This document shows, piece by piece, positions 21,410 to 31,466 of a DNA stretch of 64,000 nucleotides. Source of the stretch: Vulcanimicrobiota bacterium (GTDB taxonomy: Bacteria > Vulcanimicrobiota > Vulcanimicrobiia > Vulcanimicrobiales > Vulcanimicrobiaceae); contig CAVTCS010000003.1 of assembly GCA_963733295.1 (NCBI GenBank), positions 736,001 to 800,000 of the forward strand, in the 5' to 3' direction. Each line of letters opens with the position of its first letter. The stretch's first letter is position 1. A program made the position numbers and the translations under genes. Below the pieces are notes generated by a model. The model saw only the letters and a list, made by a program, of their open reading frames with translations. It had not been told where the DNA came from and made no database searches.

Positions 21410-22645
21410 GTGGCGTATCGCCGTCTGTTCACCTCGGAATCGGTGACCGAAGGCCACCCCGATAAGGTAGCCGACCAAATCTCCGACGCCGTTCTCGACG
21501 CGATCCTCAAGGACGACCCGTTCGGGCGCGTCGCGGTCGAGACGTTCGCGATCACGGGACAGATCCACATCGCGGGCGAGATTTCGACCAAGACCTACAT
21601 CGACATCCCGAAGATCGTGCGAGCCACGATCGCCGACATCGGCTACACGCGTTCGCACATCGGCTTTGACGCCGAGACGTGCGGCGTCTCGGTCTCGATC
21701 GACGAGCAGTCGGCCGACATCGCGCTCGGCGTCGACAGATCGCTCGAAGCCAAAGAAGGCCTGGGCGGCGATCAGTTCGAGACGATCGGCGCGGGAGATC
21801 AGGGGATGATGTTCGGCTACGCCTGCCGCGAAACTCCCGAACTCATGCCGCTGCCGATCGTTCTAGCGCACAACCTGACCCGCATGCTGGCGGCGGTGCG
21901 CAAGAACGGCGGCATTACGTACTTGCGTCCCGATGGTAAATCGCAGGTTACGGTCGAGTACGATGGGGATCGCCCCGTGCGAGTCGATGCCGTCGTCATC
22001 TCGACGCAGCACGATCCCGACGTACCGCTCGAAACGATTCGCAGCGAAGTGACCGAACGCGTCATCGACCAGGTCATCCCAAAGACGCTGCGCGATGCGA
22101 ACACGCGCATCTTCGTCAATCCGACGGGACGCTTCGTGATCGGCGGCCCCAAGGGCGATGCCGGTTTGACCGGGCGCAAGATCATCGCCGATACCTACGG
22201 CGGCATGGCGCGTCACGGCGGCGGCGCGTTCTCGGGAAAGGACCCGACGAAGGTCGATCGCTCCGCGGCCTACGCCGCGCGCCACGTCGCGAAGAACGTC
22301 GTCGCCGCGCGTCTGGCCGAGCGCTGCGAAGTCCAGGTCGCGTACGCGATCGGCGTCGCGCATCCGGTCAGCGTGCTGGTCGAAACGTTCGGCACCGGAA
22401 CGATTCCCGAAGAGAAGATCGCCGAGCTCGTCAAGCGCTTCTTCGATTTGCGTCCGGCGGCGATCATCCACCATCTCGATCTGCGCCGGCCGATCTACAA
22501 GCAAGTGGCAGCCTACGGACACTTCGGCCGTCCCGATCTCGATCTTCCGTGGGAACGCCTCGACCGCGTGAGCGAGCTTCGCGCGGCCTCCGGCCTGCCG
22601 CCGCTCCCCGAACGCGAACTTTCGACGCCGCTCGCCGGAACGTAA
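21410..22645 (+). CDS. metK: S-adenosylmethionine synthetase
   Basis: [51 protein letters not shown]. Confidence 0.99.
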   Translation: MAYRRLFTSESVTEGHPDKVADQISDAVLDAILKDDPFGRVAVETFAITGQIHIAGEISTKTYIDIPKIVRATIADIGYTRSHIGFDAETCGVSVSIDEQSADIALGVDRSLEAKEGLGGDQFETIGAGDQGMMFGYACRETPELMPLPIVLAHNLTRMLAAVRKNGGITYLRPDGKSQVTVEYDGDRPVRVDAVVISTQHDPDVPLETIRSEVTERVIDQVIPKTLRDANTRIFVNPTGRFVIGGPKGDAGLTGRKIIADTYGGMARHGGGAFSGKDPTKVDRSAAYAARHVAKNVVAARLAERCEVQVAYAIGVAHPVSVLVETFGTGTIPEEKIAELVKRFFDLRPAAIIHHLDLRRPIYKQVAAYGHFGRPDLDLPWERLDRVSELRAASGLPPLPERELSTPLAGT

Positions 22646-22666
22646 GGGACGCGAAGCGAGCTGCGC

Positions 22667-23887
22667 TTAGCGCGCTTCGCGTCGAATCGCGGGGAAGAGT
22701 GCGATCGCGAGCGCCATCGCGAGGTAACCGAGTCCCGAAATGACGATCGGCAGGCGCGCGCCGTAGCGGTCAGCCAGGATTCCGCCCACGATGGCGCCCG
22801 GGACCGTTCCGGCGAGCACGACGAGTCGCGATGCGCCGAACACCCGCCCGACGAGTTCCTGGGGTGTGATGCGCGTGCGCCAGCCGACGATTTGCGTGAC
22901 CTCCAAGAGGACGCACGCGTTGGTCAGCGAGAGGAAGAGGACCGCAACGGCGAGGTTATGCGTGAACGCGACCGGCATGAAGAACGCACCGTCGATGAGG
23001 TACGCCACAATCATGATGCGGCCGAATGGCCAGTTCGCCGGCAGACGTCCACCTAGGTACGAGCCGGCGAGCGCTCCGATCGCTCCGATGCCCAGCGCGT
23101 AACCTACGAGCGCGTCGCTCGCACCGAAGTCACGCTTGAGGAACGGGATGAAGACGGCGCCCGTCATCAGTCCGAAGAAGTTGAAAAACAAAGAGACGAG
23201 CGACATGGAGCGCAACGCAAGGTCGTTCCAGAGAAAGCGGAACCCGGTCGCGATGTCGGCGAGGACGTCACGCGGCGAAGGCAGTCCGCTCGGCTGGTCC
23301 GGGCCGAGCGAATCGGTAGCGGCTAGCGAGACCTGTGAGATCAGGTACGTTGCGGCGTTTATCGCTAGCGCCGGCAGCGGTCCGACGAGTGCGAAGAGCG
23401 CGCCGCCGACGGGGGGCAGGATCATCTGCGCCATCTGCTCGGCCGCGAGCAGCGCCGAGATCGCTTTCGTCGCGCGATGTTTTCCGATCAAGTACGGGAT
23501 CGTCGAGGCTTGACCGCCGACGAACACTGCGGCAGCGACGGAAATGACGGCGATGCCCGTATAGAGCATCCACAGCTTGAGAAACCCGAGGGCGTAGCCT
23601 GCAGCGAACAGCAACAGCACGGAAAACCGCACGAAGTCGCACCCGATCATCAAGCGTCTGCGATCGAGACGGTCGGCAAGCGACCCGCCGATCAAGCCGG
23701 CTAGCGCGAACGGCCCGAATTCGAGCGCGTAGGTGATGCCGGTCGAAAGCGCCGAGCCCGTGAGGTGATAGACGAGCAGCGGAATCGCGATGACGCGCAA
23801 GCCGTCGCCGACGTAGCTGAACGCCTGCCCCGCATAAAACAGGCTAAAACTTCGATTGGAAAAGACGCTTTCGACGCGTGTTGACAT
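22667..23887 (-). CDS. MFS transporter (DHA3/macrolide-efflux-like)
   Basis: 12 TM pattern, GQAFSYVGD, GSLADRLDRRRLM, GRVFG. Confidence 0.9.
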   Translation of the reverse strand: MSTRVESVFSNRSFSLFYAGQAFSYVGDGLRVIAIPLLVYHLTGSALSTGITYALEFGPFALAGLIGGSLADRLDRRRLMIGCDFVRFSVLLLFAAGYALGFLKLWMLYTGIAVISVAAAVFVGGQASTIPYLIGKHRATKAISALLAAEQMAQMILPPVGGALFALVGPLPALAINAATYLISQVSLAATDSLGPDQPSGLPSPRDVLADIATGFRFLWNDLALRSMSLVSLFFNFFGLMTGAVFIPFLKRDFGASDALVGYALGIGAIGALAGSYLGGRLPANWPFGRIMIVAYLIDGAFFMPVAFTHNLAVAVLFLSLTNACVLLEVTQIVGWRTRITPQELVGRVFGASRLVVLAGTVPGAIVGGILADRYGARLPIVISGLGYLAMALAIALFPAIRREAR

Positions 23888-24212
23888 GAGAGAGCGACCC
23901 CGGATGACGTGAAAGGTGGTTTCGTCATGGGAAAATGCGCGCGCGGCGCAGCCCCGAGGGGCGCTACAATCTCATAGAGGTTAGTGTATCGCAGCTGTCA
24001 AGACGCTGCCGAACAACACGTTCGCCGGCGCACGCTGCGTGTGCGCACGCGTAGATCGCGTAACACGCGCGTCTTGCGTTCTCGGCAATCGTCGTCCATC
24101 GCGGGCACCCTTCGGCGTCTTGGAGCGCGGCGCTACGTTTCAGCGGACCTTTGCGCGTGTTGGGCTTCCCAGGCAACTAACCAAGCTATCAGTTGCCTGT
24201 TGTCGAGCGAGT

Positions 24213-24237
24213 GTTCATCGTGGTATGAACGTTCATA
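24213..24237 (+). promoter_or_regulatory. Palindromic candidate operator at the start of the HTH regulator
   Basis: Perfect TATGAAC/GTTCATA (24224-24237) plus an extra GTTCAT half-site at 24213-24218. Confidence 0.5.
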
Positions 24238-24812
24238 TGCAAGTGAATGAGATCGCGAGCGTCGCTCCGATCGAGCATCTGGAAACGCTTCAGGTGCTGG
24301 TGGACAGTCAGCGCCACCGCATCGCGACGTTGCTCATGGATCAGCCGATGACGGCCCGCGAGCTCGCGGAGCAGCTCGGCATCGCTCGCACCCGTCTCTA
24401 CTATCACCTGGATTTGCTGCAGCGCCACGGGATCATCCGCGTTGCCGAGACCCGGCTCGTGTCGGGAATCGAAGAGCGCACGTATCGGGCCGTGGCTCGG
24501 GCGTTCCGCGTAGATCGGACCCTGCTCGCGGCGGAGGCGTCGGAGCCGCAGATCGCCGATGCGCAGGCGTCCTTCCTGGACGCGATGGCGAGCGATCTTC
24601 GCGCGCGAGCGGAACTCGGGGCAGCGACGAAGCGCGTCGATGATGCCGATGTGCTCGTCGCGCGCACGTTCCTGTGCCTAAACGACGAGAATCGTCGCGA
24701 GCTGCGCGAACGGCTGACCGCGCTTATTCATGAATACCACAGCGCCGACCCCGGGGGCCGCGAAACCGAACTCGGCCTCGCGCTCTTCACGACGGAGCGC
24801 GACGGACGATGA
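24237..24812 (+). CDS. ArsR-like winged-helix transcriptional regulator
   Basis: MTARELAEQLG..RTRLYYHLDLL..HG, GIEERTY; start at 24225 or 24237. Confidence 0.88.
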   Translation: MQVNEIASVAPIEHLETLQVLVDSQRHRIATLLMDQPMTARELAEQLGIARTRLYYHLDLLQRHGIIRVAETRLVSGIEERTYRAVARAFRVDRTLLAAEASEPQIADAQASFLDAMASDLRARAELGAATKRVDDADVLVARTFLCLNDENRRELRERLTALIHEYHSADPGGRETELGLALFTTERDGR

Positions 24813-26410
24813 TCGTTCGGGCGGTCGTCATCGCAATGCTTTTGACGGCATTGGCTCCGCCGCAATCTTCGCCGCCCGCTCCACGCTTCGTCGTCTTGCA
24901 CCTTCGCACCGACGTCTACGGTGTTGCGGGAACGGGCACGATCGCGATCGATCGAACGACCGGCCGCTTCGCGCGGAACTTCTTCGCGGGCCCGGCGTCG
25001 GAGGGTGAGGGCTGGGACGGCGAGCGCGCCTGGCGCGCCGACGCGACGGGCATGGGCCGGATCCAAGGAAACGCCGGCGAACGTGCTGAGATCCTCGGCT
25101 GGTCGGCAGCGCTCGTTCGTTCGCTGAGTTCATCGCCGGCGCGCGTCGTTGTCAGCAGCGGCAGAGACCACGAGGCGCTGTCGTTCGACCGTTACCAAGC
25201 GCGCGACGGTCTGAGCGTGCCGGGCCGGATTGTCTCGCAGTCGAGCCAAAACGGCGTTTGGACGGCGGTCGTTCAGCGAATAGAAACGCCAAGTTCGCTC
25301 CCACCACAAGCGTTCGATGCGGCACCGGCGCCGCGGGACTCCGAGCTCGCGAGCGTCACGCGCATTCCCGTATCGATGGCAGGTGGGTCGCCGCAACTCG
25401 ACGTCAGCGTAAACGGCGTGCGCCTAAGCTTTCTGCTCGACACGGGCGGCCAAAACGTCATTACGACACACGCTGCCGCGTTAGCCGGCCTTCATCCGGT
25501 TGGCCACGGCATCGTTCGCGGCGGCGGCGGAGGCACCGTGCCGATTCAGTACGCCTTCGCGCAATCGGTTCGGGTCGGCAGCGCCGAGCTGCGTCATCAG
25601 CCCTTCATCGTGCTTCCGACGGGCTCGTTCGGGGCCGACGGCATCGTCGGCTACGAACTGCTGGCTCGATTCGGTGCGCGCCTCGACATGACACACGGAA
25701 CGCTCGACCTCGCCCCGCGTGCGAGCACCTTCGGCCCGAGCGTCGAGCCCGTGCCGTTCCAATACTTCGACCGGCAGCCTCAGGTGAGCGGATCGCTCGA
25801 TGCGATCGACGGTCCGTTCACCATCGACACGGGCAGCAGCTTAACCGCCCAAGTGCAAGCCGGCGTCGTGCGTGCGCACAACCTCGTATCGTCGTTGCAC
25901 GCGACGGTAGCGACGTACGCTCAGGACGTCGGAGGCCGTTATCCGATCTACCTCGTCCGCGCCGGCGAGTTGAAGCTGGGCCCGGCGAGCGTTCGCGATC
26001 CGCTTCTCGACTTGCTGACTCGTATCGATGCCTCGGACGATCCGGCGATCGTCGCCAACGTCGGAGACGGACTTCTCCGCCGCTGGATAATCGTCTTTGA
26101 CTATCCGCACCAGATCCTCGATCTGCGACCTGGTGGAGACCCGTCGGGAAACGTTATCCACGATCGTTCCGGGATGCTGCTTCGGACGCAAGTGAACGCG
26201 TTGCTCGTGGCACTCGTGCTCAATGGTACGCCGGCGTCCGAGGCCGGCATCGCCGCCGGCGAACAGATCAACGCGGTTGACGGGCGTCCGGTTGCCGCAC
26301 GGGATCTCACCACTGTTCGCGACCTGCTACGCGGTACGCCGGGGACGCACGTTCGAGTACTTCTCGGGAACGGCTCGACGTACGCTTTCGTCCTGCGACG
26401 TTATCTCTAG
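24809..26410 (+). CDS. Exported retropepsin-like aspartyl protease (two domains) with C-terminal PDZ
   Basis: FLLDTGG...DGIVG; TIDTGS...ANVG; PASEAGI..GEQINAVDG; ATGA overlap with the regulator. Confidence 0.88.
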   Translation: MIVRAVVIAMLLTALAPPQSSPPAPRFVVLHLRTDVYGVAGTGTIAIDRTTGRFARNFFAGPASEGEGWDGERAWRADATGMGRIQGNAGERAEILGWSAALVRSLSSSPARVVVSSGRDHEALSFDRYQARDGLSVPGRIVSQSSQNGVWTAVVQRIETPSSLPPQAFDAAPAPRDSELASVTRIPVSMAGGSPQLDVSVNGVRLSFLLDTGGQNVITTHAAALAGLHPVGHGIVRGGGGGTVPIQYAFAQSVRVGSAELRHQPFIVLPTGSFGADGIVGYELLARFGARLDMTHGTLDLAPRASTFGPSVEPVPFQYFDRQPQVSGSLDAIDGPFTIDTGSSLTAQVQAGVVRAHNLVSSLHATVATYAQDVGGRYPIYLVRAGELKLGPASVRDPLLDLLTRIDASDDPAIVANVGDGLLRRWIIVFDYPHQILDLRPGGDPSGNVIHDRSGMLLRTQVNALLVALVLNGTPASEAGIAAGEQINAVDGRPVAARDLTTVRDLLRGTPGTHVRVLLGNGSTYAFVLRRYL

Positions 26411-26510
26411 CCTAGAGATCAGCCGAGCGCGTGATGAGGCGCGATGGGGCCGCGCGGCGCGAGGCAGGAGGGGAGCCGGACGGCAAAACGAACCCAGGTC
26501 CCTGCCCTTG

Positions 26511-26586
26511 TCCCGAATAGCTCAGTTGGTAGAGCAGCTGACTGTTAATCAGCGGGTCGTTGGTTCGAGTCCAACTTCGGGAGCCA
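26511..26586 (+). tRNA. tRNA-Asn(GTT)
   Basis: TCCCGAA/TTCGGGA acceptor, D-loop AGTTGGTA, anticodon loop CTGTTAA, T-loop TTCGAGT, encoded CCA; 76 nt. Confidence 0.97.
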
Positions 26587-26773
26587 TTTCAATCTCTCAA
26601 AGCCCTAGAAGTGCCTTGGCCCGTCTCCAGTGACGACTTGGCGCCGCCCCGCTTCGACGGTGAAGGCGAGGTGTTCGAACAGGTCACGCGCATGACCGAT
26701 GCTCGGACTCAGCATGTACGAATACGAAAGAATCAGAATCACTGGATGAGCACTGTGTTGAGAGGGGTCGTCA

Positions 26774-27220
26774 ATGAGCGGCGTGCAAATCGAACGGAAA
26801 AGCTATGAGATGCCCCCGCGCGACGGGTTCACCGTCACGCATTTTATCACCGTCGCCGACATCGACCGATCGGCCGATTTCTATGGAAGGATCTTCGGCG
26901 GCCGCATTCTGAGCAGAGGCGATAGCAAGGGTTCGTCTGGGCACATTCAGATCGCGAATACGTGGCTCATTGTCAACGTCGGGGGCGGGCCCACCCCGGA
27001 CAAGCCGACAGTAACGCTCAGCGTCCCCGCCGACCCGGATAAGATCAGCAGCTTTTTGAATATCCGCGTTGCGGACATTCAAGCGTGCTACGAATTATGG
27101 AAAAGTCGAGGAGCCGAGTTCCTCACGGGACCGATTGCCAAGTACGGCGAGATTCGCTGCTACATCCGCGATCCTGACGGTTATATTATCGAGGTCGGGC
27201 AGAGCACCGATCTCACGTAG
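26774..27220 (+). CDS. VOC/glyoxalase family protein
   Basis: HFITVADIDRSADFY, YIRDPDGYIIEV; SD GAGGGG. Confidence 0.92.
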   Translation: MSGVQIERKSYEMPPRDGFTVTHFITVADIDRSADFYGRIFGGRILSRGDSKGSSGHIQIANTWLIVNVGGGPTPDKPTVTLSVPADPDKISSFLNIRVADIQACYELWKSRGAEFLTGPIAKYGEIRCYIRDPDGYIIEVGQSTDLT

Positions 27221-27429
27221 GGTTAACGCTCGGCCCGGAGGGGGACTTTGACGCCCGCAGCCGAGTTCGCAAGACGCCGCGCGAGTTGCTACCTGACCAG
27301 CGGTTCGACATCGAACGATTTCTGGTCTGACGCCCTCGTTCGAGAATCTGACGGAAGACGCGAAGAGCAAGCGGTGTTCTCAGCTGGACCAGACCCATCG
27401 CCTTTGGGTCGAACCTTGAGCGAGGAGGC

Positions 27430-28281
27430 GTGAGCGCGATGCTGAGCTGGCAAGTGGGCCGGGTGAAGATCACCCGCATCGTCGAGATGGATTTGCCGGT
27501 GCCGCTCATGGCCATGCCGCAGGCCACGTCCGCGGAGCTGCGCAAGTCGGCGTGGCTTTATCCGCACTTCGTCGGCGAGGACGACACCCTGAAGCTCAGC
27601 ATCCACGCGCTGCTGCTCGAGGCGCCGGGGCTGAAGCTGGTCGTCGACACCTGCATCGGCAACGACAGGCCGCGCGAGATCACCGGCGGTGAGCCGTTGG
27701 CGACGCCTTTCCTGCAACATCTTGGCGAGGCGGGCTGGTCGCGCGACGGAGTCGACGCCGTGGTGTGCACGCACCTGCACGTCGACCACGTCGGCTGGAA
27801 CACGATGTTCGAGAACGGCAAGTGGGTGCCGACCTTCCCGAAGGCGCGCTACCTCATCAGTCGGCGCGAGTACGACTTCTGGAGCGCTCACGATGACGAG
27901 GAGCAGCAGGCGATGCTCGGCGATAGCGTCGAGCCTATCTTCGACGCCGGCCTCGTGCAGCTAGTGGAGCTGGACCATACGATCTCGCCGGAGATCCGGC
28001 TCACGCCCTCCATCGGCCACACGCCGGGCCACGTCAGCGTGATGATCGAGTCCGAGGGCGAGCGGGCGGTGATCACCGGCGACATGACCCACCATCCTTG
28101 TCAGCTGGCGCACCCCGACTGGTCGCTCGGCGACAACGACTCGAATGCCGCCGCCCTCACCCGCTCGCGCCTCTTCGCGGAATGGGCCGACCAGACGATC
28201 CTCGTCATCGGCACCCACTTCGCCGCTCCCACCGCCGGCTACGTCGTCCGCGACGGCGCAGCATTCAAGTTTGCGGTGTAA
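27430..28281 (+). CDS. Metallo-beta-lactamase-fold hydrolase
   Basis: THLHVDHVGWN, GHTPGH, GD, GTHF; SD GGAGG. Confidence 0.93.
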   Translation: MSAMLSWQVGRVKITRIVEMDLPVPLMAMPQATSAELRKSAWLYPHFVGEDDTLKLSIHALLLEAPGLKLVVDTCIGNDRPREITGGEPLATPFLQHLGEAGWSRDGVDAVVCTHLHVDHVGWNTMFENGKWVPTFPKARYLISRREYDFWSAHDDEEQQAMLGDSVEPIFDAGLVQLVELDHTISPEIRLTPSIGHTPGHVSVMIESEGERAVITGDMTHHPCQLAHPDWSLGDNDSNAAALTRSRLFAEWADQTILVIGTHFAAPTAGYVVRDGAAFKFAV

Positions 28282-28338
28282 GGGCGGCGAGCCCCACTCC
28301 CGCCGCTGTGGTCGCGGTGGGTTTGTTCGTAGCGGCCT

Positions 28339-31300
28339 CTAAACGAGGAGCGCTTCGGCAAGTCCGCGGCTCTCGTCCCAGCGGTTACCCTCGTGGACGA
28401 GCTCGGTCAACCGTTCGTCGCCGAGGGCGTCGCGGAGCGCACCGATCGCTTTGTCGTATTCTTGCTGCTCGGTGTACTCGCGCGTGGAGCCCAGTGACGC
28501 GAGACGTGTGTCGGTGTAGCCGAAGAGCCGCGCTGCTCGAAGGCTGTCCTCCTGGCCTCCGCGCGCGCTGCTGGGCGGACGCTGCGCGGCGGCTGCGGCG
28601 AGATGCTGCACCGCAATCGCGATGAGTACGTCGTGCTGAATGTCGCGCCCAAGCTCGAGCGCTTCCCGGGCATGGCTCCGCGCTTCCTCGTACCGCCCCA
28701 AGGCGATGAGATAGGCTGCCGTATTCGAGAGGGAGACGACGACGTTGAGGATCGTCGAATCCTTGAAGCGACGGAACGCCGCCGTCGCTTGTGCGGCAGT
28801 GCGCACCGCCGCCGCGGCGTCGCCTGCAAGGAACTCCACTTCAGCAAGGTTGCTCGCCACGATCGCCTCGAGCATCGTGTGGCCGCAGGCTCTCGTGATG
28901 GCCAGCGACTCCGCTAAGCGGGCGCGAGCTTCGGGGGTGTCATTCCGGAAGAGACTCGCCGTTGCCAGTTGGGACAGCGTCTCCGCGGTGAGCTTCCGGG
29001 CGCCCATGCGACGCGCCGTCGCGAGCGCTTCGTCCCAAACCCTTTCCCCTTCGGCGGTTTCTCCGAGTAAGGCGAGAGACCGCCCCATATCGGATTGCGT
29101 TTGAGCGACGAGCAGGGGTTCGTCGAGATTGCGGTAGCGCGCGAGAGCCCGCTCCGCGGCGTCGCGGGCCGCGCCGTATTCGCCCAGCCACGAACGAAAA
29201 CGTACCTCGATCGTATCGAGGCGCGCGGCAACGGCAGCCGGCGTCAATGCATTGGCGCTGGCTTGCGCGGTTTGGACCCAGCGCAGCGCCGTTCGGAACC
29301 CGAACGGGCGTAGCGCGCCGCCGAGCGCGGCGACGAGACGCTGACCGAGGACGACGTCGTGCTCCGCATCGAACGCCCAGTCGAGCGTCGCGCGCCAACT
29401 GCTCTTCTCGCCATCCATCTGGGCGAACCACGTCTGGTCCGGCGTCGAGTCGTATGTCGCGTCGAAACGCTCGGCCATCCGCAAGCACGCGCGCGCGTAA
29501 GCCGCCGCTGCATACGCCTTTTCGCCGCTTTGCTCGAGCTTCTCCGCGGCGTAGGCGTGAGTCGATTCGAGCATGCGGTAGCGCGTACCGTTCGGGTCGG
29601 GCTCGGTTTGAACGAGCGACTTGTCGACGAGGGACGCCAGCAGGTCGATGACGCTGAATTCATCGTTCGCGTCGTCGCTGCAAACGGCGCTGGCGAGCTC
29701 CAGGTTGAAGCTGCCGGGAAAGATCGCGAGTCTGCGGAAGATGCGCTGCTCGTCCTCGTCGAGAAGGTCGTGACTCCAGTCGATGAGCGCGCGCATCGTC
29801 TGATGCCGGGGAAGCGCGCGCCGGTCTCCGCCGGTTAGGACGCGAAATCGCTCGTGCAGCCTCAGCGCGAGCTCGCGCGGCGAGAGAACTCTCACGCGCG
29901 CGGCTGCCAGTTCTATGGCGAGCGGTATGCCGTCGAGTCTCCGGCAGATCTCGACGGCATCCGGTGCGTTCTCGTCGGTCAGCGAGAAACGGGCGTCCGC
30001 TGCACGGGCTCGATCGGCGAAAAGCACGAGCGCGCTATACCTCGCCGCTTCGCTCGCGGAGATGCTCGTCTCGGGTGCCGGCACGGCGAGCGAGGGAATG
30101 CGATAGACGCGCTCGCCCGTGACGTTGAGGTTTTCGCGACTCGTGCAGAGGATGCGAACTTCGGGACAGCCGCGCAAGATGTGCGTCACGGCTGCGCGTA
30201 CTTCGACGATCACGTGCTCGCAGTTATCGAGAATCAGCAGCAGCCGTTTGCGTTTGAGATTTGCGACGAGCGCGTCCTCGAGCGAGGAGCTGCCTTCCTC
30301 GATGCTCAGCGTACTTGCGATCTCGCCGAGCACGAGTTTCGCGTCCCCGATCGGAGCAAGCTCGACGCGCCAGACGCCATCACCGCTTCCCCGCAGGAGA
30401 TCGGTTCCGACCTCGAGCGCGCAGCGCGTCTTCCCGGCTCCGCCGGCCCCCGCGAGCGTGACCAGCCGATGCCGATGCAAGAGTTCCTCGATGCTGGCGA
30501 CGTCGTCCTCGCGTCCGACGAACGAAGTGAACTGAGTCGGAAGATTGTTCGGTACGGCTTTGGGCGCACGTTCGGGGGCATGCTCTTGGAAACTAGGCGC
30601 ATCGGTCCCGGCCGAGGGTTCGAGAGGTCCGTCTCGCGCAAGGGCCGCTTGCGCTTCGGTTAAGAGTGCGGTGGTGCGCGGCTCGGGTGAGGCGTCAAGC
30701 TCGCGTTGCAAGATCTCCGCACAGGCATGGTACTGCCGAATTGCGGCCGCGTACCGGCGCGCGTCGATATGCGCGCGCATGAGCCGCCGATGCGCCTCTT
30801 CGCTGGTTGGATCGAGTTCGAGCGCGCGGAGAAGCGTCGCGCCCGCGGTATCGGGCGCGAGCTCCGCGAGTCGCAGGGCGACGCGCAGCGCGGTTTCGTG
30901 TAGCTGCCGCCGTAGTCGCTCCAGCCATTCTTCGAATGGTTCCTCGTTCAAACTCAAGCCGTCGAGGAAGGGACCGCGATAAAGCCGGAGTGCGGTTTCG
31001 AGTTGCGGCGCGTCGTCGTTCTTGCTCAATTCCTCGAATGCGGCGACGTCGACCTCGACCGCGTCGGCAGCGATGCTCACCGTCTCCCGTTCGGATTGCA
31101 AGAGATCCGCCCGCGTGTCGAAGGAGCGACGCAACGAAGCAAGCGCTTGGCGCAGGCTATGCCGGGCTGCTTGCTCGTCGTGCTCGCCCCAAAACATAGC
31201 GGCCAAGCGCTCGCGCTCGTGCGCTTCGCCAGGCCTCCGCGCGAGGAAGGCCAGCAGCGCCTCGCCTTTGCGCGTCTCGAGCTTCGCTTGGCCGCCGCCC

Positions 31301-31359
31301 GGCAGCCAGGCTTCGAACGCTCCGAACAGCTTGAGGCGCACGGGCGTCATTCGGGTCAT
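28339..31359 (-). CDS. AfsR/SARP-type regulator: wHTH-BTAD-ATPase-TPR
   Basis: LKLFGAF, LYRGPFLDG, EEAHRRLM; Walker A GAGGAGKT; ILDNCEH; TPRs. Confidence 0.92.
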   Translation of the reverse strand: MTRMTPVRLKLFGAFEAWLPGGGQAKLETRKGEALLAFLARRPGEAHERERLAAMFWGEHDEQAARHSLRQALASLRRSFDTRADLLQSERETVSIAADAVEVDVAAFEELSKNDDAPQLETALRLYRGPFLDGLSLNEEPFEEWLERLRRQLHETALRVALRLAELAPDTAGATLLRALELDPTSEEAHRRLMRAHIDARRYAAAIRQYHACAEILQRELDASPEPRTTALLTEAQAALARDGPLEPSAGTDAPSFQEHAPERAPKAVPNNLPTQFTSFVGREDDVASIEELLHRHRLVTLAGAGGAGKTRCALEVGTDLLRGSGDGVWRVELAPIGDAKLVLGEIASTLSIEEGSSSLEDALVANLKRKRLLLILDNCEHVIVEVRAAVTHILRGCPEVRILCTSRENLNVTGERVYRIPSLAVPAPETSISASEAARYSALVLFADRARAADARFSLTDENAPDAVEICRRLDGIPLAIELAAARVRVLSPRELALRLHERFRVLTGGDRRALPRHQTMRALIDWSHDLLDEDEQRIFRRLAIFPGSFNLELASAVCSDDANDEFSVIDLLASLVDKSLVQTEPDPNGTRYRMLESTHAYAAEKLEQSGEKAYAAAAYARACLRMAERFDATYDSTPDQTWFAQMDGEKSSWRATLDWAFDAEHDVVLGQRLVAALGGALRPFGFRTALRWVQTAQASANALTPAAVAARLDTIEVRFRSWLGEYGAARDAAERALARYRNLDEPLLVAQTQSDMGRSLALLGETAEGERVWDEALATARRMGARKLTAETLSQLATASLFRNDTPEARARLAESLAITRACGHTMLEAIVASNLAEVEFLAGDAAAAVRTAAQATAAFRRFKDSTILNVVVSLSNTAAYLIALGRYEEARSHAREALELGRDIQHDVLIAIAVQHLAAAAAQRPPSSARGGQEDSLRAARLFGYTDTRLASLGSTREYTEQQEYDKAIGALRDALGDERLTELVHEGNRWDESRGLAEALLV

Positions 31360-31377
31360 TTTCCGGCTTTTGGCGTT

Positions 31378-31406
31378 TTGACGCTCTCTTTGACGGCCAG
31401 TTGACG
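31378..31406 (+). repeat. Three TTGACG direct repeats (candidate SARP binding site)
   Basis: TTGACG at 31378, 31390 and 31401 in the divergent intergenic region. Confidence 0.55.
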
Positions 31407-31466
31407 GCGGATCGCTACGCTCTTCTTCGTGGAGCCTTTCCTTGGCTCCTAAGGAGACCGTGGAGC

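Noticed and set aside
24171..24200. Hairpin CAGGCAACT...AGTTGCCTG and other stems in the MFS/HTH intergenic region as an ncRNA
   Set aside because: No recognisable RNA family or clear promoter-terminator pair; insufficient support.
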